Source: Octopus vulgaris (taxonomy: Eukaryota). Taken from it: 64,000 nt of DNA. Made by a program: the position numbers and the translations under genes. The notes below the pieces were generated by a model. The model worked only from the letters and a program-made list of their open reading frames with translations. It was not told where the DNA came from and searched no databases. Shown here one piece after another: positions 12,804 to 25,391 of this stretch. Position 1 is the first letter of the stretch; the number at the start of each line of letters is the position of its first letter. Location: NCBI GenBank assembly GCA_951406725.2, contig OX597826.1, positions 50,716,001-50,780,000 on the forward strand. Direction: 5' to 3'.

Positions 12804-13619
12804 CTCGCTATAGCATCCTGCCTTCAGTAAATGTTATTATCATTATTTTTATAATAATAATAAAATAATAATCCTCTCTACTAAAGGCACAAGGCCTGAA
12901 ATTTGGAAGAGCGGGACTAGTCAAATACATTGACCCCAGTGTTTCACTGGTACTTAATTTACTGACCCTGAAAGGATAAAAGGCAAAGTCAGCCGTAATG
13001 GAATTTGAACTCAGAACATAGTGATGGGCGAAATACTGCTAAGAAAACAAGAAAACTTTGTAAAAAATTTTGGACCTGGGTCTTCACCCTCGAAGCAAAT
13101 TTTGTTCCTGAGCCAGTGCACAAGGCTTTTTGTCAGTTCAGGGCTATAGCAGAAGACACTTTCCCGAAGTGCCACACAGAGGGATTGAACTTGAAAATAC
13201 ATGACAAGTTTCTGAACCACACAGCTACACTAGTGCCTATAATCCTAAATACATGAATTGCTGAACAAGAACAATAAGCAGTCACAAAGTGTGTGCCCTC
13301 ATTCCAAAGTGCTGTTTGCCTGGAGGAGTTAACCTTATTAGAATACATCAAAACATGATAAGAGAAATTATTTCAATCAACAAGTGATTTATTGAATTAA
13401 TTAATGTTCATTGTATTTGGATCTGGTCAAAGAGTGCTACAGAAAAGAGGCCATACATGAAAACAGCACCCTTGGCCTGTTAAAAATAGCAGCCAAATTT
13501 CTCTAACGTCATACTCAATTACCTTAAAAATGAGAAGGAAACATCATATGTTACAGTTTTACATAAGCCCTAAAGGGACATGATAGTAGTAATAGAAAAG
13601 GTAGAGAGAGGAAAAGGCA

Positions 13620-14720
13620 CACTTGTGATCCAGTGGCTGGATCATGTCTGAGCAGTATGCACATAGGCATGCACAGATGTATTTTGTATTGCTCTACTCT
13701 TTTGAAACTTGGGGTGTCCACCACAGACATGTCAAAATTCTAGAGTATTTTTTATCAACAATGCCTTTGTAATAATATTCTAGGTGTTCACATATGTGAT
13801 TCTGAAGTATGTCAAGATGCTAACGCTTTCATCATTGGAGCTCACACCTATAAACACAGATTCTGCTATGCAGGCTATTTTATTTGTTCAGACGGCAGTA
13901 GAATTCCCAAACAAATTTTATATTATGAGCTAGCATCTGGTATGAGACCACAGAATGAGCCAAATTTGTATTTTAAGGATTATGCCAAGACTGAAATTTC
14001 AGTGCTAGACAGAAATAATTGACATGCAAAAATAACCAATGACATCAGGAAGTTTCAGAAATCTACATAAGAATGGGTTTGTAGTGACGCTACTGTATAA
14101 GTTTCAGCGCACATGCGCAGAATTGGATTACTTCCGGTTGGCCACCGGAAGTTTTCCTCATGCGCATGTGCAGGAACTGAAACCTAAAAGCCTGACCGCT
14201 AAATCGGTCTTTCTGGCATGAGCAGCGCTAGCGGTCGGACGTGGCTTGATTTTCACTCAGAGAACCTCACCCCAACGAAGCGGGAGCGAACCGACAAATC
14301 GTCTTGACTCGTAACAAGAAAGCATCGCAAACCAGTCCTGCGGATTTGGCTGCCAGGAAAAGAGTATCTGTTGGTCCAACAGTCTCAGTTTCTGTGTAAT
14401 GAATGTAGACAAGTTTTCTTCTCCAGAGTTGGCCTCACAAGTTACCAATGCAAATGCAATGAAATGCCTCAAGTTGAATACAACCAATTTCAAGCAACTA
14501 ATCACATATGTGTCTATGTGGTAGGGAACTTTCAGCCAATATGGGTTCATAAAGCATATGAAAGGACACAAAGTGTTGTACCAAAAGAGTACTCAGTTAC
14601 AACACATGAACATGAATGCAATATCTGCAACATAAAATGCAAGTCACTTACAGGCTTCAAAAGCCACTGTAGGTCACATGGTCATCGAAAAGAATAGAAA
14701 TAAGATGATTTGTCAATGAT
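13620..14720 (+). mobile_element. Decayed RTE LINE 3' fragment, interrupted at ~14085-14350
   Basis: RIPKQILY.EL.SG.RP...L.FKD before the interruption; AARK...FLCNECRQVFFSRVGL and C2H2-like CNICNIKCKSLTGFKSHCRSH after it. Confidence 0.75.
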
Positions 14721-15990
14721 GGTCATACTTGTCTAACAAGACAACTGTGTGTGCATGTGTCTGTGTGTTGCTTTTGCATTTGTGTTCTAAAAAAAAACCC
14801 ACAAGTTATGGGTGGTGGTGTTGTCACATTTACTCATCAAAAAATTAGCAACAGAAGGGGCATCTGGCTGTACAACAACGTTTCAATAATATATAAATCT
14901 AAACCACACTAGCGTGTAAAAACAGATGTAAAAACAAATGAATGAATGAAAGAACCAATAAAGTAATGTCAATATATTTGATAAAACATAGTGATAACAG
15001 ATGTTATCACTCTGAATCAATACTGAGAGACATCTGTGGTATACCGCAAAATAAAATTACTCAGAGTAAGCAACCCCCCAAAAATATCAATGACCTAATC
15101 TTATTTTTCTTTACCTTCTCCCATCAAACTGAGATTCACCACTGACCATGTTTCCATCCACCACATTCATCTCTGTCCTCATCTCTAGCCCTTTCTCTAC
15201 TCCCTCCGCACACTCTTCCAAACCTACTCATCCAGTCATCTTTGGTTCTCTGTCCCTATTCTCTCTTATCCATTTTCATGTATGTTAAGGGTTACATCTT
15301 GACCCCACATCGCCACCATCCTTTCTCCATCTCCTGCTAAGGTACCCATGTATCCTATGATAGCCTCTTGACACCTGGCGTAACTCCACCTCTCTCAATA
15401 CTGCACCCCAACTCGGTCAAGTAGTCTTTTCTTGTGAGTTACTTGGTGACCTCACTAGTGCCAGTGGTGAATAAAAAAAAAAGTCACTTTGTACATTTTG
15501 TAAAGCGGTTGACATCAGGAAGGGCATCCAGCGATAGAAATCATGCCAAAGCAGACAATATCATGCTCTGGCTTGTCAGATTCTGTTTAAACTATCCAAG
15601 AAAAAAAAAATCACGACAAAGAGGAAAATGGATGTTAAACGATAATGATGATGCTGATATATCATTGTTATCCTCATCGTTTAAATGTCCAATTTTCCAA
15701 GCTTGCACCAATCTGATATAATTCACAGAGGCAGATGTTCTACAGCCAGACATGTTTTCATAGAAGACTGACTGTAAGGGACACACTTTGTTTGATGGCA
15801 ACACTCATTTGTAACTTGTAGTACATTGGAATTCAACACAGTCCTCAGGCTTGTTGGATCCCTGTTGAACCATCCAATTCATATGCCAGCATGGAATATG
15901 GACGTTAAATGATGATGACCATAATGATGATGATGATGATCGTGAAGGAGAAAGATATCAAATTTGTTACAGTAAAAGCTGATGTCTTAC

Positions 15991-16090
15991 CTTGAACTGA
16001 GCCAACCCATCAACAGACTGGTTGTAGCCCAAATACACAACCCCAAACTGAGACCAATAGTTTTCAGTATTGTTACAACACACAGATTTC
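15991..16090 (-). CDS. TMEM144: TMEM144 coding exon 3
   Basis: 100 nt, (G)NLCVVTILKTIGLSLGLCIWATTSLLMGWLSS; ctttag / gtaaga; phase 1-2; matches the TMEM144 GN..VV.I.KTIGL..G..IW motif. Confidence 0.93.
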
Positions 16091-16211
16091 CTAAAGAAAC
16101 AGATAAAAGTCAACAAAAAAAAAAAATAATAATGTTTCTAATATTGACACAATGCAAAGAAAAAGATATATACAAAAAAACAGACACATATGCATACATA
16201 CATGGATATGT

Positions 16212-16250
<39 letters not shown>

Positions 16251-16364
16251 TACAAACACACATATACATTCAAATAGACACATAGACATACATACATGTA
16301 TACATGCATATGCAAACACACACACATACATATGTACATGCAAAATTACATACATGCAAATATA

Positions 16365-16860
16365 CACCTATGTTGAACTATTGAGAAATTTACTGTTTCT
16401 CCACTTGGGACTACCAGTTTAGATTTAATACCTGTAATTATTGGGGCACTTCAATATATAACCAACTACCTCAGGATCAATCTTGAGAAATTAGGGTTCC
16501 CAAAACCAGAAACGAAAAAGCTAATTAAAAGACTACAGATACAAGCCCTCAACGGAGCTATATGTAAAACTTTCTAAAAGTTTAGCATATAAGTACATAT
16601 GAACATGTCTAGACATGCAGCTATATGTAAACATAAGTACATATGCACATGTCTAGATATGTAGTTATATGTACACATGCATAAAACGAATACAGACGTA
16701 TACATGTACTGATGCCAAATACTTGCACATATAAACACATATGCACAACAACCCTGTTGCTGTTGAATTTCCAATGAAGGAACCTTGGATCTAAGTTAGA
16801 AACTAGCTCTTTCCCCATTGGCAAGAAATCTAGAAATAAGCCTAAATCATAGCAAGTAGG
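16365..16860 (+). mobile_element. REL-endonuclease (R4/NeSL-like) LINE 3' fragment
   Basis: Frameshifted YVELLRNL...PVIIGAL...NLEKLGF...LQIQAL...CKTF, resembling the C-terminus of REL-type non-LTR elements. Similar remnant LQKSAILSAAKIPRKIL at ~32540-32590. Confidence 0.55.
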
Positions 16861-17403
16861 CAGGCATGCATGCATACATACATACATACATATCATATGA
16901 TTTTCTCTATTGTGTTAATGTATGAGTTAAATACATATATATCCTTAATCTATTTCGGTGTTCAATATAATAAAGAACAGCTTAGTAGATAACTGTATAG
17001 TTAGAATATAGTTCAGATAAATATAATAGAGTACAATAGTAAACAGTACAATATAGTATAGTTTAGTGAAATATAGTAGACATGTTCATAGCATACTTAA
17101 AAAGTGTTATGATAACCTACATTTAGAAACAGATATGACAGAAAAAAAAATGGGTATAAAATAAACAATTTATAAACATCAATAGGCAAAAATACTAACA
17201 CTTCCACAGTTAACTTGCTAGAAATAGAAGCCAGGTATTTCTCAAATCACAAACTATTATGTGAGAAAAAAATGAAGGACATATTGGTGAATGTAGTCCT
17301 GGATACATTTATATATCTGAAAAACAAGATGTCTAGAAGTTCTTTAATCATAAATCTACTGAATCAGGAGACAATGACAATGAAAGAGGCAGAAGATGAT
17401 CAC

Positions 17404-17523
17404 CTGTTGCCCAAATGACGCCGCCAACCATTGCCAAAGGGTAAAAGACACTCTGTTTGTACATGTTGATGACAAGTCCAACAAGGAATATACCAGAACT
17501 TAATACCCATTGGAAAAACATTC
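17404..17523 (-). CDS. TMEM144: TMEM144 coding exon 2
   Basis: 120 nt, (G)MFFQWVLSSGIFLVGLVINMYKQSVFYPLAMVGGVIWATG; tttccag / gtgatc; phase 1-1. Confidence 0.93.
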
Positions 17524-17794
17524 CTGGAAAGAGAGAAAACAGTTTATAATCTGTAGAATTTAGTGTTTGTAAAGAAAAATTTGCATAAATGAAAATGCAT
17601 GTTAGGCCTTTAAGGGTCATTTAAGGGCTGATTCTTTGTGTAGGTTTTAAGATATTGGGTAGATGGGGGTTGAATTTCTCCTTGAATAGGGTATGGTCTG
17701 TTTCATTTATCTGATACTTTTTCTGAATGTATCCCATCACTTGAACAAAAGGACAAATAACTGCAATTTTTGTCCTTGGATAGTAATAGATAAC

Positions 17795-18195
17795 TGATAT
17801 TTCCTATTTGTTTATCTCTAGAAAGTATGAAAAATGACTATTTCCTTCAAACTTTGCTTTTGTTACATTTATTCAAACCCTAAAGAATCCCTCTCAACAT
17901 ATGGCTATGATGTTGCCCCACTACTGCTCATGATCAGAGATGCACATATTGTCAGCCACTAACAGACATGCTCGAGTGGATAAGGTCAAGCAACAGACAA
18001 ACAAATCTGTGGTATTGAGCAGAATACTTGCTATAATGATATTTTTTGCTTCAGCAACTCAGCACTGAATCTGTCTGAAATGTAATGGAAAATAGGTCAG
18101 TTTCAAAAATGGATGACCAGGTCACAAAAACAAGGTTTGAAGGGAATAGTAGTCGTTTCCTTTGATTTCTGGATAGAAGCAAATAGAGAATAACA
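17795..18195. mobile_element. Degenerate MITE-like element
   Basis: Diverged ~60-bp inverted ends (CTATTTCCTTCAAAC / GTTTGAAGGGAATAG). Confidence 0.45.
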
Positions 18196-18238
18196 CTTAC
18201 AGACCAAAAAAAAAAAAAAAGTTACACAGTGTTACACA

Positions 18239-18658
18239 GGTGCAGGAGTGGCTGTGTGGTAAGTAGCTTGCTAACCAACCACATGGTTCCGGGTTCAGTC
18301 CCACTGCGTGGCATCTTGGGCAAGTGTCTTCTGCTATAGCCTCGAGCCGACCAATGCCTTGTGAGTGGATTTGGTAGATGGAAACTGAAAGAAGCCTGTC
18401 GTATATATGTATATATATATATATATATATGTGTGTGTGAGTGTGTCTGTGTTTGTCCCCCTAGCATTGCTTGACAACCGATGTTGGTGTGTTTACGTCC
18501 CCGTCACTTAGCGGTTCGGCAAAAAGAGACCGATAGAATAAGTACTGGGCTTACAAAAGAATAAGTCCCGGGGTCGAGTTGCTCGATTAAAAGGCGGTGC
18601 TCCAGTATGGCCGCAGTCAAATGACTGAAACAAGTAAAAGAGTAAAGAGTAAAAGAGT
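18239..18658 (+). mobile_element. tRNA-derived CORE-like SINE (family A), full length
   Basis: Head GGAGTGGCTGTGTGGTAAG...GGTTCAGTCCC, CORE-like TGGCATCTTGGGCAAGTG, internal (TA)/(TG) microsatellite, (AAAGAGT)n tail. Confidence 0.9.
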
Positions 18659-20209
18659 GTAATTAAACATAAATATCACCAGTGCATTGACGAATGGGGG
18701 TGTTAAGGGTGTGGTGCACAGCTTCTTGTTGTTGGTATTTAACAAATGGAAAGACAGAATATCAATATGTGTTTGTCATTATCAGCTGAAATTAATCTGG
18801 AATATATTTACAGCATTTCTTAATGTCTTTTGTCAGAATCCTTAATTCTTGACAGTGTCTCAGGTGAACTGAGACTTCAGCTAGAATTGAAGGTCCTACC
18901 AAAATACATAAAGAATTAGCTTCAATCAATTTGAACTCAAGACTTATGGACTTGCAGTTCAACATTTTTGCAGTTCAACTTGCAGTTCAACAGTGAGGTC
19001 TGAGTCCTAGAAGGCAATATTTCTTTTTTTTTTTTATTGTTTAGTTAGATGAGGAAGGAGAACATTCTTGACCCTTTTAAGATGGGTGGGAGGAAGGGAA
19101 GAAGTTATACTCAAATTTAACCCTTTAACATTCACACTATTCTGTCAAAAGTAATACCTGTTTATTCAATTTATTGTAGCTTTGCAATTTTGATGAGTTA
19201 ACTGTTAATTTTTAAAATGATATTGCAGGGTTGGTGTGAGAGGCCTGATATAGCCAGTTTGAACATAAAACAGGTCAAATATTTTGGCTGGATATAGTTG
19301 GTTAAAACTGGGCCAGAATGTACACTGCTAAAGTACATGGTACAGGTGGTTATATTAAACCAAACATCAGATGAAATATACCACCCAGGAACTTGTACAC
19401 TACCTTTAACAGGCTTCTGTACAAATTCTATCAATTAAATTTCATTCACAAGACTTTGGTTGACTCAAATCTACAGTAGAAAATCTACAGTAGAAAACAG
19501 TTACCTAGAATGGGACTGAACTCAAATGGGACAGTTGCAAAGCAAATTTTTTAACTGCACATCTACTGTGGATATTATAATAAAACACCTTCACTATTTT
19601 ACTCAACATCACCTTCATGCTTAAATGTTGCCTTATTTACTACACATGCAAAAACAGATGGTTTTTGCCCTTTCTATGATTCTTTGGTTCTCCTGGATCC
19701 TCATCCCACCCCAAAGATAGTTTTGACAGGCTGTGTGTTAAGAAGCTTGCTTCCCAATGATATGACATTGTCGTGGGTTCAGTCCCACTGTGTGGAACCT
19801 TGGGGGAATGTCTTTAGCCTTGGGCTGACCAAAGCCTTGTGAATGAATTTGGTAGATGGAAACTGAAAGAAGCCTGTCGCATACACACACACACACACAC
19901 ACATATACACAGACACATATCTGTGTGTGTCTGTGCTTGTCTGTCACTACTGCTTGACAATCAGTGCTGATGTGTTCATGTCCCTGTAACTTAGTGGTTC
20001 AGCAAAAGAGAATGATAAAGTACTAAGCATAAAAAAATAAAAATAAGTACTGGGATCAATTCATGACTGAAACCAGTAAAAGAACAAAAATAAAAGATAG
20101 AGCAATAAATAAAAATCTGGATCAATAAATTCATAATTTTTAAAAAATCAATTTATTTTTTTATGCTTAGTACTTTATCATTCTCTATCAGCTGTCCTCA
20201 TTCATATGT

Positions 20210-20592
20210 GGATGGAAGCACTCCGTCGGTTACGACGATGAGGGTTCCGGTTGATCTGAATCAACAGAACAGCCTGCTCGTGAAATTAACGTGTAAGTGG
20301 CTGAGCACTCCACAGACACGTGTACCCTTAACGTAGTTCTCGGGGACATTCAGCGTGACACAGAGAGTGACAAGGCCAGCCCTTTGAAATACAGGTACAA
20401 CAGAAACAGGAAGTAAGAGTGAGAGAAAGTTATGGCGAAAGAGTACAGCAGGGATCACCACCATCCCCTGCCGGAGCCGCGTGGAGCTTTAGGTGTTTTC
20501 GCTCAATAAACACTCACAACACCCAGTCTGGGAATCGAAACCACGATCCTATGACCGCGAGTCCGCTGCCCTAACCACTGGGCCATTGCGCC
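20210..20592 (-). mobile_element. tRNA-derived SINE (family C) with 15-bp TSD
   Basis: Minus-strand head TGGCCCAGTGGTTAGG...GTTTCGATTCCC; TSD TCCTCATTCATATGT at 20195-20209 and 20593-20607. Related copy at ~58376-58700 (-). Confidence 0.88.
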
Positions 20593-20719
20593 TCCTCATT
20601 CATATGTAACACTGCGCACAATAATGTAATAACTATCTGCGGCATGCCCTGACAATGCATACACAAGAATAAATTCAAATATGAATCAGAAGCAGAACAA
20701 GTCTTGTAAACATTATCAA

Positions 20720-20957
20720 ACACACATACTTAATGGATGTGCTTTGCTTTTTTGCAGGTAGGATACGATTTGATGTAACAAAGATGATTTTTCTCTCAAA
20801 CCAGCAGGTGTTAAAATACTTGGACACCAAAAACTGTTTCACCTGTCTATGATTTTCAAGTGTTTTAACACCTGATGCTTTGAGAGAGTCATCTCCACCA
20901 CATCAAATCACAGCCTACCAGTGAACAAGCAAAGCACATACATTGTGCGTATGTGTT
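20720..20957. mobile_element. Palindromic MITE-like element
   Basis: Imperfect arms of ~100 bp (ATGTGCTTTGCTT / AAGCAAAGCACAT; GATTTGATGT / ACATCAAATC; AGGTGTTAAAA / TTTTAACACCT) with a ~35-bp loop. Confidence 0.75.
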
Positions 20958-22238
20958 AGACCCTTTCAGTCATGAATGATCATGGGATTGCACCAACAAA
21001 GTTACCATCCATGGCACAAGTCCAAGCAAGATTGTTTATGGAAGACCAGCAGTTGCCCATTCATACCAGCCTCCCCTCTCCATGCCACCGATGTTATACA
21101 GTTTGGCACCAGTGACATCATGACTCATTTCTACAGCTGAGTGAACTGGAGCAACATGAAATAAAGTGACTTGCTCCAGAACACAACACACAGCCCAGGC
21201 TGGGAATCGAACTCACTACCTCATGACTGTGAGCCTGACACTCTGACCACTGAGCCATGTGCCTTCTATCTATCTATCTATCTATCTATATCATCATCAT
21301 CGTTTAACGTCTGTTCTCCATGCTAGCATGGGTTGGACGGTTTGACCGGGGATCTGGGAAGCCAGGAGGCTGCACCAGTCTCCGGTCTTATCTGGCAATG
21401 TTTCTACAGCTGGATGCCCTTCCTAACGCCAATGCCCTTCCTAACGCCTAAATGCCCTTCCTAACGCCTTGATATATATATCAAGGGTTGAACAGAAAGA
21501 ACATAACATGGAGAAAAAGTTAGGCTAAAGCAGAGCAAACGGAATACTAGACAAAAACTTAATAGACAGGAAATTTAGACAAAGACATGATACACGGAAT
21601 ATTCGCAGCTGAGTTTTCCTCATCAGTCAATGACACGAAAATATCATAGTGGTTTTGTGCCATTAACATTGAGACCACTCAATTTTGGAGGCACCAGTGC
21701 TGTTATTAAGCTACTGGGAAAAAGTCAGCAAATGTATACTAAGATAGAAACAAACAAGATATTATACAACAGACAAAGAATTATGTATATATAACAGCAT
21801 GAAGCTTTACAGCTATATACAACAGAAGAAAAATAATAATTATATATATATATACCACAAATACAAAAGAAAGAGCTTTGCAGCTATTGAATGAATTTAG
21901 TGGGGTTGTGCAAAGATGAAATGGAGTAAGTCCTAGTGGATGTAGCAGGAGCTCAGACCGGTCTGGTCAAAGGCAAAGCGAAAAAGAACAACACAGCCTT
22001 CACTGGACACTGGTCACGTGGTACAGAAGCGGAAGTATCAAGAGGGATAGAATGGGAGACAGAGAGAGAAAGAACAAAGGAGTAGAGGGATTGGAGAAAC
22101 AGAGTGAAAGAGAGAGAAGAGAAGAGAAGAGAATGGTATAGGTGTACATGATGGGCTTCTGTATAATTTCCATCTACCAAATACAATTACAAGACATAGG
22201 AAAAAAAAAATAATATTAATAGATAGATGAAGTCTTAC

Positions 22239-22416
22239 CATCACCCGTTTCAAATTGTTTAACAGGTACAAAGTTGCTACCATAAAAGATGACAGATATT
22301 GCTGAAGATATGTATCCAGCAGACACTGAAAAGTTCGTGTTTGATGTATGATTAGCACCTTCTGTGAGAGTGAGCATTGGCATCAATGCTAAAGCTGGGA
22401 AGAGTAACTGCATCAT
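22239..22416 (-). CDS. TMEM144: TMEM144 first coding exon (exon 22239-22444; ATG at 22416)
   Basis: Translates MMQLLFPALALMPMLTLTEGANHTSNTNFSVSAGYISSAISVIFYGSNFVPVKQFETGDG, matching the TMEM144 N-terminal motif GSNFVP.K.F.TGDG. Acceptor ttccag, donor G|gtaag (phase 1), in-frame TAG upstream of the ATG. Confidence 0.92.
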
Positions 22417-22619
22417 CACTGGTTCTCTCTAGAGGAATACTGTTCTGGAAATATAGTAGACATAGAATATTAAAACACGCACAGAACTACCGACACAGCT
22501 ATTCATAGAGATGCATTGAATATATAGACATACATATTTACTGACACATATACACATACATATATATCATGCAGCCACATCAACCATACTGACATATACA
22601 CAACACACACACAAACACA

Positions 22620-23789
22620 TTTCATAATTTTGAAATATCTATAAAACCGTCAAAAGCTTGTTTATTTTTGTTTTTTGATTTATTATTTGTGTTGCTTAAT
22701 ATGTTTTGCTAAAATTGCTATCTCTTTTCAGATATCATCTGAATAGGGTAATTAAAATTCATTAAAATCACTGATCTATCGGACTTTCAAAGAGGTCAAA
22801 TTGTTGGTGCTTGTATGGCAGGCACTAGCAAAATGAAAACAGCCGAAATGTTTGGTGTATCAAGAAGTACTGCCTCAAAAGTAATGACAGCCTTTGAGAA
22901 AGAGGGAAAAACCTCCTCGTTGAAACAAAACTCTGGAAGAAAACCACAACTTTCAGATAGCGAATTGTTAGAAAGGATCACAAAAGTACAGCTCCCAAAA
23001 TTACTGCAGAGCTTAATGACTACCCCGAGAACCCAGTTTCCACAAAAATTGTTTGCTAGGAGCTGCACAAAGCTGTATTTCACAGGAGGGCTGCAATCAG
23101 AAGACCACTACTTTCAAAATCAAATGTTGCAAAGCATTTAGAGTGGAGTAAAAACCTACCGAATTGGTCCCTAGAGCAGTGGAAGCATGTTATTTTCTTG
23201 GATGAGTCATCCTTTACCTTATTTCTGACCACCAGCTGAGTATACGTGTAGAGACAGCCAACAGAAGTATTTGACCCAGACTGCCTTCTTCCAACTGTTA
23301 AACATGGCGGAGGATCTGTGATGATCAGGGATGGGGTGGGGGTGGGGGTATATCTTGGAAATATGCTGGCCCAATGGTTTCTCTTCAAGACAGAATTAAT
23401 AGTTAAGACTATTTAAGCATTTCATCTGATCAAATTATGTACCAATTCACACAGCTAAAGTTGTTACTGAATGGCATGTGGAACATTCTAGTGAAGTTGA
23501 ACATCTTATCTGGCCACCACAGTCCCTAGACCTCAATATTATCGAACATTTATGGTGCATTTTAGAAAAACAAGTAAGGAGTCGATATCCTCCACCATCA
23601 TCACTACAAGAACTGGAGACTATTTTAGCTGAAGAATGGACAAAAATTCCTTTGGAAACAATTCAAACTTTGTACGAATCCATACCTCATAGAATTCAAG
23701 TTGTAATTACTGCCAAAGACAGCCCTACCCCATATTAAAATAAATTTGTTTGAAATTTTAAGGTGTTTCCATTATTTTGTCCAACCTTG
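22620..23789 (+). mobile_element. Tc1-like transposon, degenerate transposase
   Basis: TDLSDFQRGQIVGA...FGVSRST.SKV HTH region, VIFLDES, PTVKHGGGSVM, WPPQSLDLNIIEHLW. Right TIR-like end AGGTGTTTCCATTATTTTGTCCAACCTTG; left TIR not seen. Confidence 0.9.
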
Positions 23790-24184
23790 ATGATGATGAT
23801 GGATTCTCTCATCATGAACAACAAATGGGGGTTCAGTAAAATAAAGCAGTAATCATGTTCTGTGGACATGAATGTGTCTCTTGAGGTCTGTTGGTGCCTT
23901 GCAAACCTTTTTTGGCAAATGGAACAAGTTAACTCAGTTTGCTCGAATACTCATGGATAATTTACTATGTGTTTCCTTGAGTGATAAGTATGTGTGTGTG
24001 TGTGTGTATTTTTATCCTTGCATACATACATTGGTATATTTATATCTTTTTCTTGTTGTCTGGTACTTAATCTATTGGTCTCTTCTGCCAAACTGTTATT
24101 GGAGTGTAAACAAACCAACACTTGTTATCAAGGGATGGTGTGTGTGCAACAAACACAATCACAAAGATGCACATAATCATACTA

Positions 24185-24770
24185 CAGAGGACTTGCGAAA
24201 ACTTGAAAGAAATTAAGCTAGCATGCTCCACTGGATGGGTAACGTCAGTGTGCATGCATGGCAGAGTGTAAATGATTTAAGAGGAAAACTGGGTATAAGA
24301 GGTATCAGATGTCTGCACGGGTTTGGGCATGTGATGCATATGGATGAGGACAGCTGCATAAAGAAGTGCCAAGCTCCAATTGTAGAGGGAACCTGTGGAA
24401 GGGGTAGACCCAGGAAGATGTTGGATGAACTGGTGAGAAAGGATCTTTGGATGTTGGGACTCACTGAGGAAATGACAAGGGACTGGGAGTTGTGGTGATT
24501 TGCTGTACTTGAGAAGACGCATCAAGCTAAGTAAAATCGCTGCCATCCATACATACAGGCTTATCTTTTACAGCTACTGGTGCCACAAAAAAATGCATTC
24601 ATGCTGGTGTTGCGTAAACACAACCATGCTGGGGGGGGGCATGTTAAAAGCATCCATGCCACAACAGACAATTGTAGTTTGGACAGCTCCCTGGCTAGCC
24701 ACCTCCTGTCAAACCATCCAACCCATGCCAGCATGGAAAACAGATGTTAAGCGATGATGATGATGATGAC
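24185..24770 (+). mobile_element. RTE LINE 3' fragment with (GAT)n tail
   Basis: LRGKLGIRGI...FGHVMHMDEDSCIKKC...GRGRPRK then 3' UTR ending CAACCCATGCCAGCATGG...(GAT)n. Related copies at ~34450-34780 and ~36675-37120. Confidence 0.8.
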
Positions 24771-25391
24771 ATACACAACAGGATTCCACAGTTTTTGTCA
24801 ACCAAATTCATTCATGTGACATTGGTTGACTTAGGACTATAGTAGGTGACACTTGCCCAACGTGTCACACAGTGAGGCCCGGTGTGAAACTATGTGCAAA
24901 GTGAGCTTATCAATTTCCTAACAATTGTATTCAAAGGTTGTTGACACCAAGAGAGGAATAACACTATCTGAAATGTCAAAAAATACAGAAATCCCTGAGA
25001 TAGCTGGGATAGGTTTTGTCATTTGTTCAACATATTACATTTTCTCATTGTTTGTCCTAATTCCTGCCATTTACGATGCAGAGTTTTAGTAGTGATTTAG
25101 TTACTATTTCTAGCAAACCAAGTGACTGTATAGAGAATTTTTCTTTGACTGGGATATGTCTGTCACTAATTGTTGTTGATCAGCCTCAAGTCAGCTTTGA
25201 CCCAGCAGATTTATGATGAAAGGCACTCCTTCTGTGACCATCCTGTCGTATTTTTAGGACTTATTTGTTTTTTGAAATTTCTATATTGATGAAGAATGTA
25301 GCTACTATAACTAGCAGCTTGGTTGACAACAGTACATACATACACACCATCCCCAAGCACATAGATGGAGAGGGGGGAAAAATTGGTAACC

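Noticed and set aside
14090-14183. H/ACA snoRNA or retron-like reading of the long hairpin on minus
   Set aside because: No H box, the internal loop is too far from ACA, there are no flanking a1/a2 repeats and no adjacent intact RT.
14282-14292. 11-mer GGTTCGCTCCC shared (opposite strand) with 26379-26389
   Set aside because: Too short and with no flanking similarity; compatible with chance.
14208-14363. HDV-like ribozyme pseudoknot via TCTTTCTGGCA / TGCCAGGAAAAGA
   Set aside because: No convincing P3/L3/P1.1 or catalytic J4/2, and the 3' strand is explained as RTE coding sequence (AARKR).
21414-21468. Triple ATGCCCTTCCTAACGCC
   Set aside because: Slippage at the truncation point of a common repeat; no sign of function.
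21590-21635. CTGATGA-GGA...TCC-G on minus, hammerhead-like
   Set aside because: GAAA and stems I/III are missing; at most a decayed remnant. The same applies to CTGATGA/CTGAAGA hits at ~26585, 37461, 58108 and 58331.
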